Source: Chiloscyllium plagiosum
Lineage: Eukaryota
NCBI RefSeq assembly: GCF_004010195.1
Contig: NC_057759.1
Span: 4,400,665 to 4,464,664, forward strand
DNA: 64,000 nt
Direction: 5' to 3'
A program made the position numbers and the translations under genes. This document shows, piece by piece, positions 51,111 through 64,000 of this stretch (position 1 is the first letter of the stretch; the number at the start of each line of letters is the position of its first letter). The notes beneath the pieces are model-generated. The model searched no databases. It was not told the origin of the DNA and saw only the letters and a list, made by a program, of their open reading frames with translations.

Positions 51111-51406
51111 TTGAGTGATTCTTCCACAACACAGTCAGAGGGAGATCACTTCAATGAGCACTTAGAAATTAGAAATAGGTTTGATACAGTGTGTTTATTT
51201 CACAGTCATCCCAAACAGTCATCTCTTTAACTGAGCTTGAGTTCATTATCTTCAGTAGAAACCTGCCCCAGTGGATATCAATCAGTTATCAATTACAAAA
51301 ATAATTAAGTTCTTTGACATAGCTCCTTATCAGGTGGGACTTGAAACGAAATCTTCTGGCTGAGAGCATGAAGCAGGGAGATGTTCACAGTAAAAACCAG
51401 GCACTG

Positions 51407-52049
51407 TCATTTCTCATGAATATGCTGGTGTTTCAGCAGACTGGATTTCACAATGAATCTCTTTCCACAGTCAGTGCAGCAGAACAGCCTCTACCTTCTG
51501 AGAGATCGTTGGCGTATTAACAGGTTGGATTTATGAGAAAATCCTTTCCTGTCGTGTGAGCAGGTAAATGGTCTCTCCCCGGTCTGGATCCGCTGGTGTT
51601 TAATGAGGTTGGATGATGGCTTGAACCCACATCCACAGTGAGAGCACATGAAGGATGTCTTGTCACTGTGAGCATGTTGTTGAGATATCAGTGCCCCAGA
51701 GTTTTTAAAACACCTCCCACATTCTGAGCATTTCAAAGATCTGTTCTCTGTGTGAACTTGCTGGGGTTTCAGCAGGGTGGATGATTAAGTGAATCCTTTC
51801 CCACCCTTGAAACAGATGAATAGCCTTTCCCCATTGTGGCTGTATTTATACTATGACAGGGCAGATGATCTGCTGAAGATTTGTCCACATGTACAACACA
51901 TATACGGTTTCTCCCCCACTGTGAACGGTGCTTTTTTTCCTTCAAAACCCAATGATATTCAGGCGACAATAAACTCGGCAGCATGGTCAGATTGGGAAGT
52001 GATGCCTGGCTTTAAATCTCCTTATTGCAAATCATCTTCTTCCAATTCC
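51407..52049 (-). pseudogene. C2H2 zinc-finger array exon, about six degenerate fingers
   Basis: Acceptor tttcacAG; GEKPYMCCTCG..., CSECGRCF, CSHCGCGF...HQRIQTGERPFTC, CTDCGKRF...HQHIH; several stops and lost Cys/His. Confidence 0.88.
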
Positions 52050-55037
52050 CTGTGAAATTCATTGAAAGCACAAGGCAAATCAAGTGAGAATCCAAAAAAG
52101 ATGTAAGAGCAGAAGTAAGCGACTCAACCCAGCAAGTCACCATTCAGTGAGATCAGAGCTGATCCAATAATCCTCAGTTTGATTTTCCTGCCTTATGACC
52201 CCACCCTTGAATCCCTTACTAATTAAAAATCTATTTATCTCAGCCTTAGAGCAGCACAGCCTCTATAGGCCGCTGCAGTATTCTGTACCTGAAGAGAAGG
52301 AATTCCTCCACATCTGTTTTAAATAGGTGATTTCTTACTCTGAGATTATGTCCTCAAGTCCTCAACTCTCAAATAAGTAATAACAATCTCCCTGAATCTA
52401 CAGTGTCCACCCCCTCAGAATCTTTCCATAAGGTCTTGTCTCATTCTTCTGAACTCCAAAGAGTACAGCAGCAATCTGCTCAAACTCATCTCCTGAGAAA
52501 TTCCTCCCACATCCGGGATCAATCTCCTGAACACTCTATGGACTGCCTTTCCCAAAACAAAGGTATTCATAGTATTGCAAATGTGATCTGACTCGTGTCT
52601 TCTACAGTTTTAGCAGAACTTTCTTTTTTCTCCACATTCCCATTAAATAAAAACCAACTGACCATTTCCCTTCCGGAATACCCACTGAACCTGGATGCTG
52701 AGTTTTCACCTTCCAAGCAGAATGACCCACAATTCTGTGCTGCAGCTTTCTGTAGAGGTGTTCCCTCGTTAAATAATATTCACCTCTCCTAGTCTTCCTG
52801 CCAAAATGCATATATTTTCCCATATTATATTCCACAGCACTGGAAAGAGCACGAGGAGAATGAGAGGGTTTTTAATCAACCATACCTTGAGCATAACCTC
52901 CCAAACCAGACACTTCCACCACCACAAAGGACCAGGGAGCGACCAGCACTCCCTTGGAGCTTCCTCCAACTCACACAACGTCCCAACATCCAGTGCTGAA
53001 TGAATAGAAATTGCCTCCAATTTAATCAAGAACTTGGGAGCAGAGATGTGAGGAATTACTTCGATATGAAAAGGGTGGAAGAGCTTGTTAGTTTTCAGTC
53101 TGAGACAGATAAACGTTTGTTCAACAAAGGTATTCAGGGATATGGGCCAAAGGCTGAATTCCACACAGAAGCCATGAGTTCATTCAATGGTGGAACAGCT
53201 GAAAGGCCTACTCCTGATCCTTTGTTCACTGAAAGCTGCTGGCTTCAGTCCCTGTTACAGACTTCCTAACTCCACCTGTATCGCTCCCTCTGGTAACTGT
53301 CTGAACCAGGCTCTTCACAACATTAAAGGAATATTGCACTTGGAGATTAGCTTTGAACCACAGAGCCAAACCCTTAGCGTGACGTTCTATTTCTATTTCA
53401 GTAACGTGGCCTGACTCCAACACAGTATCAGCTGCAGGTGCTGAAAATCTCATCCAGTCCTTTGTAACCTCGAGATGAATGACCTTACACACTCCTGATC
53501 CACCTCCCACCTTCAACCTCCCTGTAATCTTGAGTTCATCCAATACCCCGCTGCCTGCGTGCTCACTCACACTGAGTTTTGTTCTCCTCACCCTGAACTC
53601 ACTGACCTGAAGAGGTCGCAAATTGAGGAAAAGCAACATCTTAACAAATTTCTCATCCTTCTTTTCAAATCCTTCTATGATAGTGATCATTCCCATCTCT
53701 AATCTCTGCCAGCCACACAATCTTTTAAGATATCTGCACTTACTTAATTTTGGTCTCTTGAGCATGGTCAATTACTCCTGGCCCTCCCTGATGTGTGGCA
53801 ATGTTTGGATCTCAGACTTCAGCTCAACAATCTGAGCTGGAAATCCCTCAACCAACACTTGTTATGGTTGTAGTAGCTATGAACCACAATGGGGTCCACC
53901 AGCTCTGACAACATGCAGTTAAAACACCTCGCCTGGTCTGGCCCCTCCATTTTAATGATTTGGTGCTTAATTTGATTTTTTAAACATTTCATGCTGAAAG
54001 AATATCCACTGTTGTTGGGGAGCTTAATTGACCATGCTCAAGAGACCAAAATTAAGTAAGTGCAGATATCTTGAAAGATTGTGTGGCTGGCAGAGATTAG
54101 AGGTGGGACTGATCACTATCATAGAGGGATTTGAAAAGAACGACGAGAAATTTGTTAACATTTTGCTTTTCCTCAATTTGCGACCTCTTCAGGTCAATGG
54201 GCTCAGGGTGAGGAGAACAAAACTCAGTGTGAGTGAGCACACGGGCAGCGGGGTATTGGATGAGCTGAACATTACAGGGAGATTGAAAGTGGGAGGTGGA
54301 TCAGGAGTGTGTTAGGGTCATTCAGTCTCAAGGTTACAAAGGACTGGATGAGATTTCAGCACCTGGAGCTTAAAATGTGTTGGAGTCAGGCCACGTTACT
54401 GGAATGGAAATAAAACGTCACAGTGAGGATATGAGTCTGTGATTCAAAGCTAATCTCCAAATGCGATATTCCCTTAATGTTGTGAAGAGCCTGGTTCAGA
54501 CAGTTACCAGAGGGAGCGATACAGGTGGAGTTAGGAAGTTTTGTAACAGGGACTGAAGCCAGCAGTCTTCAGTGAACAAAGGATCAGGAGTAGGCCTTTC
54601 AGCTGTTCCACTATTGAATGAACTCATGGCTGCTGTGTGGAGTTCAGCCTTTGGCCCATATCCCAGAATGCCTTTGTTGAACAAATGTTTATCTGTCTCA
54701 GATTGGAAACTAACAACTTAGAGATTGATTTCCAAACCTCTTCCACCCTTTTCATATCAAAGTCATTCCTCACATCTCTCTCGAACAGACTCTGCTCCCA
54801 CGTTTTTGATTAAATTGGAGAAAGTTTGTATTCATTCAGCACTGGATGTTGGGACGTTGTGTGAGTTGGAGGGAGCTTCGGGGAGTGTTGGTCACATACG
54901 CCTGCACTGCGGTCCTTCATGGTGGTGCAAGTGGCTGTTTTGGGAGGTTATGCTCAAGGTATGGTTGAGCAGTTGGTCGATAAAACCCCTCTCATTCTCC
55001 TTCCAGCACTGTGGAATATAATTTGGGAGAATATATT

Positions 55038-55340
55038 TGGCGGCACGGTAGCTCAGTGGTTAGCACTGCTGCCTCACAGCACCAGAGTCCCAGGTTCGAT
55101 TCCAGCTGCGGGTGGAGTTTGCACATTACCCCCAAAACTGCATGAATTTCCTCTGGGTGCTCCGGTTTCCTCCCACAGTCCAAAGATGTGCAGGTCAGGT
55201 GAACTGGCCATGGTAAATTGCCCATAGTGTTAGATGCATCATTCAGAGGGAAATGGGTCTGGGTGGTTACTTTTCAGAGGGTCAGTGTGGACTGGTTGGG
55301 CAGAAGGGCCTGTTTTCACACTGTAGGGAATCTAATCTAA
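55038..55340 (+). mobile_element. HE1/V-SINE-like SINE, right arm only
   Basis: ggcggcacggtagctcagtggttagc...ggttcgattcc...tctaatctaa; absent from the left arm at ~52812. Confidence 0.9.
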
Positions 55341-55628
55341 TGTGCATTTCGGCAGGAAGACGATGAATATTATTTAACGAGAGGCTGTGCTGCTCAGTGT
55401 GTCCAAGGCCGAGATAAATAGATTTTTAATCAGTAAGGGATTCAAGGGTGGGGGCATAGGCAGGAAAATCGAGCTGAGGATTATTGGATCAGCTCTGATC
55501 TCACTGAATGGTGACAGCAGACTTGCTGGGTTGAGTTACCTACTTCTGCTCTTTAATCTGATGGTTTTAAACCTTTTCTTTTTCGGGATCTCACTTGTTT
55601 TGCTTTTTGTTTTCAATGAATTTCACAG

Positions 55629-56501
55629 GGAATTAGAAGATGATTTGCAATGAGGAGACTTAAAACCAGGCATCACTTCCCAATCTGCGGAGTTTATTGC
55701 CGCCTGAATATCATTGGGTTTTGAAATAAAAAAGCACCGTTCACAGTGGGGGAGAAACCGTACATGTGTTGTACATGTGGACAAGTCTTCAGCAGATCAC
55801 TGCTCGTCACGATATAAATACGGCCACACTGGGGAAAGGCCATTCATCTGTTCCAAGGGTGGGAAAGGATTCACTCGATCATCCACCTTTCTGAAACCCA
55901 AGCAAGTTCACACAGAGAACAGACCTTTGAAATGCTCAGAATGTGGGAGGTGTTTTAAAAACTCGGGGGCACTGATATCCCAACAACATGCTCACTGTGT
56001 GGAGTTTGCACGTTCTCCCCGTGCCTGGGTGGGTTTCCTCCGGGTGCTCCGGTTTCCTCCCACAGTCCAAAGATGTGCAGGTCAGGTGAATTGGCCATGC
56101 TAAATTGATGGTAGTGTTAGGTAAGGGGTAAATGTAGGGGTATGGGTGGTTTGCACTACGGCGGGTCGGTGTGGACTTGTTGGGCCGAAGGGCCTGTTTC
56201 CACACTGTAAAGTAATCTAATCAAAAATCTAATCTAATCACAGTGACGAAAGACCCTTCATGTGCTCTCAGTGTGGGTGTGGGTTCAAGCCATCATCCAA
56301 CCTCATTAAATACCAGCGATCCACACTGGGGAGAGACCATTCACCTGCTCACACGACAGGAAAGGATTTTCTCATAAATCCAACCTGTTAAAACACCAGC
56401 GATCTCTCGGAAGGTAGAGGCTGTTCTGCTGTACTGACTGTGCGAAGAGATTCATTGTGAAATCCAGTCTGCTGAAACACCAGCGTATTCATGAGAAATG
56501 A
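55629..56501 (+). pseudogene. Inverted copy of the C2H2 zinc-finger pseudo-exon, interrupted by a SINE
   Basis: HTGERPFICSKGGKGF...HTENRPLKCSECGRCF; continues after 56238. Confidence 0.88.
55994..56237 (+). mobile_element. 5'-truncated HE1/V-SINE-like SINE inside the zinc-finger exon
   Basis: ctgtgtggagtttgcacgttctcccc...gtaatctaatc; TCAC on both sides. Confidence 0.9.
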
Positions 56502-56626
56502 CAGTGCCTGGTTTTTACTGTGAACATCTCCTTGCTTCATGCTCTCAGCCAGAAGATTTTGTTTCAATTCCCACCTGATATGGAGCTATGTCAAAGAACT
56601 TAATTATTTTTGAAATTGATAACTGA

Positions 56627-57126
56627 NNNNNNNNNNNNNNNNNNNNNNNNNNNNNNNNNNNNNNNNNNNNNNNNNNNNNNNNNNNNNNNNNNNNNNNNNN
56701 NNNNNNNNNNNNNNNNNNNNNNNNNNNNNNNNNNNNNNNNNNNNNNNNNNNNNNNNNNNNNNNNNNNNNNNNNNNNNNNNNNNNNNNNNNNNNNNNNNNN
56801 NNNNNNNNNNNNNNNNNNNNNNNNNNNNNNNNNNNNNNNNNNNNNNNNNNNNNNNNNNNNNNNNNNNNNNNNNNNNNNNNNNNNNNNNNNNNNNNNNNNN
56901 NNNNNNNNNNNNNNNNNNNNNNNNNNNNNNNNNNNNNNNNNNNNNNNNNNNNNNNNNNNNNNNNNNNNNNNNNNNNNNNNNNNNNNNNNNNNNNNNNNNN
57001 NNNNNNNNNNNNNNNNNNNNNNNNNNNNNNNNNNNNNNNNNNNNNNNNNNNNNNNNNNNNNNNNNNNNNNNNNNNNNNNNNNNNNNNNNNNNNNNNNNNN
57101 NNNNNNNNNNNNNNNNNNNNNNNNNN
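56627..57126. other. Assembly gap (500 N)
   Basis: Run of N. Confidence 1.
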
Positions 57127-57129
57127 ATG

Positions 57130-60100
57130 TTTGCTCTTGTGGGAGAATCTAGAACGAGGTGTTATCGGTTCAGGATAAGGAGCTGGCAGATTGAAAACAG
57201 AGATAAGGAGGAATGAATTCGCTCAAATGAGGAAGGGGTTGTAAATCTGTGGGATCACTCCTCCCAACCCCCACACTGCATAAATTGGAGGAGGAGGCAG
57301 ACAGATTGTTAATGAGTGATGGGTCAAAGGGAGTGTTTGCAGGAAAGTGGAGTTGAGGCTGAGATGGGATAGCGGAGCAGGTTCCTGACGGGTTAAATGG
57401 ACTCAACCTGATCCTAGACTGTATGTTCTTGTGGAGTTAGGAGCAAAACAACTAGGATGGAGAAAATGAAGTTTGATTTACCAAAATAGGTTTTAATTCA
57501 TGAACATTCAAAAATAAAGACAAAATTGATTCAACACAAATTTGGCGAATGACGTTGGTCGAAAACAACGGAAAGACAATACATTTAGGGGGGTAAAAAA
57601 ACTAAAACGGGTGCAGGAGCAGAGGGAGCCTGCGGGTATATGTCCACAGATCAGTGAAGGCGGCATAACAGGAGGAGAGCAGTTAGTAAAACACACAGCA
57701 TCCTCGGCTTTATTAATAGGGTCATAGAGATCAAAAACAAGAAGGTAATGTTGAAGTTGTACAAGACACTGGTGGATCTCCGCTGAGTGTCAGAGAGAGA
57801 GAGAGAAGAGAGTGATGACTGATAGGTGGTGGTTTAACCTGAGGGTTACCATGCCTCACACAAGGAGAAGAGATGGAGAAGGAGAGTCCTTCATAGTAAT
57901 CTCAGCCAGTGAGAGATTCAAACCCACGCTGTCAATCTTTCTCCACATTTCAAACTAGCCATCCAGCCAAATGAGCTAACCCAACACCCAGCACAAAGCA
58001 GAGGGCAGAAAAGAAATTAATTCCAGCAACAGCACAAGTATTGAATGGAGAATAGTAGATCATATTGGAGATAAACCTTTGATCTGTTGGGGATTTCTTT
58101 GTAAGTGTATAAATCTTAACGTCACCAGCAACAGAAGCTGAATTTAGAAATACATTTGACAAAGGGAGTTGGCACTCTCTTACCCAGGCTGGTTTTGTTC
58201 TGTTCTGTTCTGGACACCTGATTTAAGGAAGGCTGTTCAGACCCTGCAGATAGTGTGAAGGAGCTGTATGAGAATGATACCAACGATGAGGGATTTTAGA
58301 TGCAGGGAAAGGTTCAGGAGATTGAGCTTATTCTCTTTCGAGCAGAGAAGATTAAGTGGTGACCTTATTGAGGTATTGAAAATTTGAACAATTCGGACGG
58401 GAAAGCAAGTTATGGTTTCCCATTCATTGTATATTAGTAACTGGCTAGAAAGAATTTCATGATTGTCAGTGAGATGAGGAGAAACGTATTGGGTTGTTGA
58501 GTTTGGAATGTGCTGCTTGGGAGGCAGATTCCATAGGAGGTTCGAAAAGAGAGCTGGATATAAATTTGAAAGGGGTGACGTTAGAGGGCTGCAGAGATAG
58601 GGCTGGAGAGTGGGACAAGCGGGGTAGCTCTTTCAGGAGCTGGTACAGACACGAGTGGCCTCCTTCCATAAGTAAAAGTTTATGATTCTATGATCATAAA
58701 AGTTCTGAACCAGATTCTGGACAATTCCATTTAAGTCATTCCTTGGGGCCTTGGCTCAGTGACCTTATTGCCAGGGATTTTTGCACGCGAACAGCAGCAA
58801 ATTGTTGTAACAAGCAGGATTGGAACTTGGTTGGGCAATGGTCTGGAAATATTTCATTCCAAGGGAGGTGATGGGAAATCGAGCTGAGGGCATGAGTGAG
58901 GACAGACCTGCAAGAAATTTTGAATATGCAGAGATCGGGTCAAGTCTATTGAATGGTGAATGTGAATCTGTGAGCTGTTGATCCTATATCATCACGTATT
59001 GGTCAGCGTTCATGCTGGTATTCATCTGATTGGGAAGATCAACAAAAACAAATCTCTGGAAGCGTCGGAAGGAAGTTTGGGTTGGTTCCTGAACAACAGA
59101 GAAGGTTGATGGTGGAGGGGTCATGATAGAGGTCTGTAAGATCGGTAGTGTTGTATAGCAGAGAGACCTAAGGGTTCAGGTACATAATTCTTTGGGGTTT
59201 GTGTCACAGCAGACAGGGAGTTTGAGAAGGTGTTTAGAACACTTGCCTTCGTTGCTCAGCCCATTGAGTGTTGGAGTTCGGACACCATGTTATGGTTATA
59301 CAGGACACTGGTGAAGCCTGTTCTGGTGTATTGTGTCCAGTTCTGGTTGCGCTGTTATGGGAAGGAAAGTGTTAGGCTGGAGAGGGTTCAGAAAAGATAT
59401 ATCAGTACGTCATTAGGAATGGAGAGATTGAGTTATAAAGAGAGGCTGGATGGGCTGGGACTATTTTAACCAGTTTGAGGGGTATGGAGGTTTATGAAAT
59501 CATGATGGGCATAGATGAGGTGAATGGCAGGTGTCTTTTCCCAAGGGTGGGGGACTTCAAGATCAATGGACATATTTTTCAGGTGACAGGAAAAACATTT
59601 TTAAAAACGAAATGATGGACAACATTTTTTTTATGGCTACTGGTTCAAGTGGGGAGTTAACTTCCAGATGAAGTGGCGGATACAAGGACAGTTACAGTGT
59701 TTAAAAGACATTTAGAGAAGTACAACAATTGGAACGGTTTGGAGAGATATGGGTCAAGAGCAAACAAGTGGGACTAGTTTAGTTTGAGGTTATGGACGGC
59801 ATGGACTGTTTGGACTGAAGGGTCTGTTTCCTTGCAGTATGACTCTGCAATGCTATTATGAGGGACGTGGACAGGGGGACAGGAAGCAGCTGTTTCCCTT
59901 AGTCAAAGGGTCAGTAACAAGGGGGACATCATTTTAAAGTGAAGGGTTAGAGGTTTCGAGAGCAATTTGAGGATTGTTTCACCCACAGGATAGCGGGGAT
60001 CTGGAATGTGTGAAAATAAAATATTTGGACTTTCAGTCTCTATTTGTAATCACTAATTGCTCCGGTGTGTGGAAATGCCACTTGGCAACTGCAGGGGATT

Positions 60101-60760
60101 CCATGATTTATTAATGTGGAATATTTGTATAAAGGAGCAGGAGGAAGCCATTCAGCCCTTTTGATCCTGTTCAACCATTCAACGGCAGATCTGTGACCTG
60201 ACTCCACAGACCTGCCTGTGGCCTCTATCCCCTTTAATAACTTTGTTGAACAACAACAACAACAAAAAAATTGTCTCTCACATTTAGAACTAACTGATCC
60301 AGCAATGCCTGCTGTTTGTGGGAGAGAGTTCCAAACCCCTCCCAGCCTCTGTGCGTAGTAATACTTCCTAACATCTCTCCTGAACAGTCTGGCCCTAATT
60401 CTCCAGCTATGCCCTCCCTAGTTCAAGGATCCCCAACCAGTGGAAACGCTTTCAATTTCTATACCCTGTCTTCTGTTAATATCTTCGATCAAATCATCCC
60501 TAAACCCTGTAAATTCTCGACAGGACAGGCTTAATTTGTGTAATCTGTCCTCATAACTTAACCCCTGAAGCCCAGGTATCAATCTTGTAAACTCACGCTG
60601 TACTCCCAGGCCAATCTATCCTTCCTCAGGTGTGGTGCCCAGATCTGCTCCAAGTGGCGTCTAACCAGGGTTTTGTACAACTGAAGCATCCCTTCTGCAT
60701 CCCTGTACTCCAGTCCTCTCGATATAAAGGCCAGCATTCCATTAGCTTTCTTCAGATAAT
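57130..60760. mobile_element. Patchwork of old CR1-like fragments (+ 57130-57430, 57540-58690, 59160-60010; - 60130-60760)
   Basis: LYRTLVKPVLVYCVQFW...LERVQKR; ANGMLAFISRGLEY...LYKTLVRRHLE. Confidence 0.75.
57825..57980 (-). mobile_element. tRNA-derived SINE-like fragment
   Basis: Minus strand gttagctcatttgg (A-box-like) ... ggtttgaatc (B-box-like). Confidence 0.5.
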
Positions 60761-61223
60761 GAATATCAAATGAAAAGAAATACAGAAATTGTTGGAGAAA
60801 CTCAGCAGGAACAGATACTATTTGCCACCTGGGGACTGTCTGACTGCTGTTGAAGACAACTTTCCATCTTTTCTTTTGACCCTTTAGTTTTGAGCTGTGC
60901 TGGAGCCATGCACTCTTCAGTGAAGAACACAGGGATATAGGTTGGCAAATATTCATTTTGTTTAAAAACCTCGAGATCCTCTAACAAGGGGGGTACTTTG
61001 AGAATTATTACTAAACAACAGAAATTCAAAGGCTTTCCGTATATCTGAGGGAGGCTGTGTGCAATGGATGTGACTGAACTTGGAATTTGTGGGGTACACC
61101 CCGGGATCCATCTGAGGAAGATAGAACAATATTGATTCTTCATGATTTTATTCCTTTATTCCTTAGAGTGATATATATAGTCAGAGTCTTCCCTGATTGA
61201 GCCATTCCAAGTATCTCAGTCTC

Positions 61224-61748
61224 AAGTCAGGAGTGTGATGGAATGCTCCCTACTTGCCTGGATGGTTGCAGCTCCAACAATATTCGAAAAGCTCAACATC
61301 GAGAGAAATAGCAGTCCCCACTTAATTGGAACCACATCCACAAGCATCTACTCCCTCTGCTACCCATGCTCAGTAGCAGCATTACCAGAATGTACTGTGA
61401 AAATACACCAAAGATCCTCAGGCAACACCTTCAAAACCCATGACCACTTCCATCTAGAAGGACAAGTGCAGCAGATATGTGGGAACACCCACCCTCTACA
61501 AGTTCCCCTTTTGGCCACTCAGTGTCCTGACTTGGAAATATAACACTGTTCCTCTGGTGTCATTAGGTCAAAATCCTGGAATTCCCTCTCTCGGGGCAAT
61601 GCATGTCTATCTACAGCGCATGGACTGCAGCAGATCAAGAAAGCAGCTTCTCCCTACCTTCTCAAGTAGACAACTAAGGATGAGTTGGGCAATAAACACA
61701 GGGTCCAGTGGGTGATGCCCATGTGTCATGAGTGATTAATAATAAAAA
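61224..61748 (+). mobile_element. Non-LTR retrotransposon 3' end (not CR1), tail shared with the SINE at 17315
   Basis: QVRSVMECSLLAWMVAAPT-type ORF2 C-terminus; tail gggcaataaa...gatgcccatgtgtcatgagtga. Confidence 0.6.
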
Positions 61749-61882
61749 AGTTTGTAAATTACCCCAGGGCCTCCACCTTCTTTATGTGAGCTTGTTCTGG
61801 GAGGGTAGGCACAAACTTTGTTGTGAATGTTGATGCAAAATGTTATTGAGTCACCTGGTTTGTGAACTGCTTTGAAAATGTT

Positions 61883-62197
61883 TTAGATTAGATTACTTTA
61901 CAGTGTGGAAACAGGCCCTTCGGCCCAACAAGTCCACACCGACCCGCCGAAGCGTAACCCACCCATACCCCTACATTTACCCCTTACCTAACACTACGGG
62001 CAATTTAGCATGGCCAATTCACCTGACCCTGCACATCTTTGGACTGTGGGAGGAAACCGGAGCACCCGGAGGAAACCCACGCAGACACGGGGAGAACGTG
62101 CAAACTCCACACAGTCAGTCGCCTGAGGCGGGAATTGAACCCGGGTCTCTGGCGCTGCGAGGCAGCAGTGCTAACCACTGTGCCACCGTGCCGCCCA
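61883..62197 (-). mobile_element. Full-length young HE1/V-SINE-like SINE
   Basis: Intact A box (tggcacagtgg), B box (ggttcaattcc), V-domain and (tctaa)n tail; CpGs retained; ATGTT on both flanks. Confidence 0.93.
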
Positions 62198-62959
62198 TAT
62201 GTTGCTGTATAGCCAAGAGCTTCGGTTTATATTACTGTTGGGTTGGGGCTATGACCTTAATTATCAATCCGTATTTAATTTTGAGGCATAGTTTGCTGTT
62301 ATTTTAACATTCTGATCTCTAATCTTTTGGTTCACTTTGCTTATTGTTTTTTTGATTATAGATGACTCTGAAACAGATAGCAATTTGGTGTACTCAGTTT
62401 TCACCATCTCAAAGCCAAGAAAGGCTGGTAAAGAATATAATATATATACACTTCTGGTTAAGAACATTTCTGGTTCAGTGAAAGTGGAGATTTTCTTTGG
62501 TTTATCTTAACCCTCAAAAACCCAGCCACTTTGAAACATCGCGAGTGTTTTCTTGCTTATAGCATGGAGCGAAGGTCTGCCCAAGCTTTTTGAATCTTTT
62601 TACATTTGAATTTATTAATCATCGATAGTGTTTGCATCCATATAAATCAGAGAGATGTTCCATCTATGTCAACTAAATTAACAACAGGGCAATGTGAATT
62701 GGAAGAGGGAACATTACACTGATAGCTAATTACTTTACCTTGCATCTTGTTTTCAGGGGATTCCTACATTTTAGGCACTGGGACATCAATCTGTAGATTG
62801 CCCCAGTACAACAGCTTATTGTTTGAGAATGGTCCCTTCTGGCCTTGGTCTTTGGGGGCAAGCAGCCATTTGCTCTGGGTCTAGCATCATTCACATGAGG
62901 AGTGTTTCATTTCATTGCCCTGATAGGTGGAAGGACAGGTAGTATTGAGGAAGGGGTAA

Positions 62960-63410
62960 GGCTGCAGAAGGATTTACAAGAAAAATCCCAGGGATGAAGA
63001 GCTTGTCATATGAGGAGAGGTTGAGGAATATGAGTCTGGACTCATTTAGAAAGGCGAGGGTGAATCTGGTTGAAACTTGGAGAAACTTGAGAGGCCTGGA
63101 TAGAGTGGACATAGAGAAGATGTTTCCACGAGTAGGAGAGACTAAGACCCGAAGGCACAGCCTCAGAGTGAAGGGAACTCCCTTTAGAACGGAGATGAGG
63201 AGGAATTTCTTCAGCCAGACAGTGGGGAATCTGTGGAACTCTTTATTCAGAGGGCTGTTATTATGTCTTTAAGATAGGTTCTTGATCAGTAGGAGGATCA
63301 ATTGTTACAGAGAGAAGGCAGGAGAATGGGGTTAACAAACATATCAGCCATAACGGAATGGTGCAACAGACTTGATGGGCCGAATGCCTGCTATATCTTA
63401 TGGTCTTGGT
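62960..63410 (+). mobile_element. CR1 3' fragment
   Basis: LSYEERLRNMSL...FRTEMRRNFFSQTVGNLWNSL. Confidence 0.85.
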
Positions 63411-64000
63411 TACTAAGAGACTAATAGGCTGATGCATCACACAGTTTAGGCCCTCAGATTTAGAGCTTTCTGAGCATATACTATGAGCCAGCCACACTAA
63501 AAAGTGTTCAGGCAGCTGGACGATCAACACAACATGCAGACTAGGAGCCCACGGGACCCTGCTTCCCCCATTCTTTACAGCTGAGGCTCATCTCATCCCA
63601 GCCTCACTGCAGTTTCCTCCCCCCTCCCTTTAACCCCTCACTGATTAACAATCTGTCTGTCCCTTCCTTCTTTTTATTCAGTGTCCCGACATGCACCCAC
63701 ATACTGGGAAGTGAATTCCCTGAGATTCTCACCCCCTCTGCCTTGGAGCGAAGCCATTTCTCAACATCTCTTGTTTCAATCTGTTCCACCCCCTTCTCCT
63801 GAAACAATGACCCTCTTGTTCTAAATTGTCACACCTGAGGAAACATCCTCTCCGTCTCCTTTGTCAATCCCACCTCCTTTACCACCCTATATCCCACAGT
63901 TGGATCTCCCTTATTCCTCTAAACGCCAGAGCATATTGACCTTAACTGCTGAATCTCTCTTTCGACGACAAACCTCACTATATGGTATCTTGGATGTAGT

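Larger units (their letters stand above)
51282..56626. repeat. Large inverted duplication: arms 51282-53774 and 54025-56626, spacer 250 bp
   Basis: Inner ends gagcatggtcaatta / taattgaccatgctc; outer ends tcagttatcaatt / aattgataactga; mirrored ORFs (MTMLKRPKLSKCRYL...). The right arm runs into a gap. Confidence 0.95.

Noticed and set aside
53226..54315. Mirrored ORFs MTMLKRPKLSKCRYL...
   Set aside because: Chance ORFs in decayed repeat-like sequence duplicated by the inversion; the copies differ in stop position.
62100..62197. tRNA genes (A/B boxes here and at 456, 42383, 55038)
   Set aside because: They are SINE heads continuous with the V-domain and CR1-like tail.

Overview
Repeat-rich vertebrate genomic DNA, most likely an elasmobranch (shark or ray), judged from six HE1/V-SINE-like copies and abundant CR1 and Penelope-like (PLE) retroelements. 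It has three assembly gaps. Three widely spaced replication-dependent histone genes lie on the minus strand: an intact H2B (N67K), an H1 with a single in-frame TGA and a damaged 3' stem-loop, and an intact H4 with two unusual substitutions (A15G, T54S). No H2A or H3 was found. Between the histone genes lies an old module repeated four times (one copy inverted). It carries a degenerate ~47-49 bp minisatellite and an 82-nt exon-like segment with conserved splice sites. The distal part holds a decayed near-full-length CR1 LINE, an orphan ZNF143/NRF1-type promoter, and an inverted duplication with ~2.5 kb arms carrying two C2H2 zinc-finger pseudogenes. At least three PLE families carry minimal hammerhead-ribozyme motifs at their 3' ends. 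Many PLE ends are inserted as short foldback hairpins, several with 12-15 bp target-site duplications (TSDs). All calls were made by eye, and repeat boundaries are approximate.
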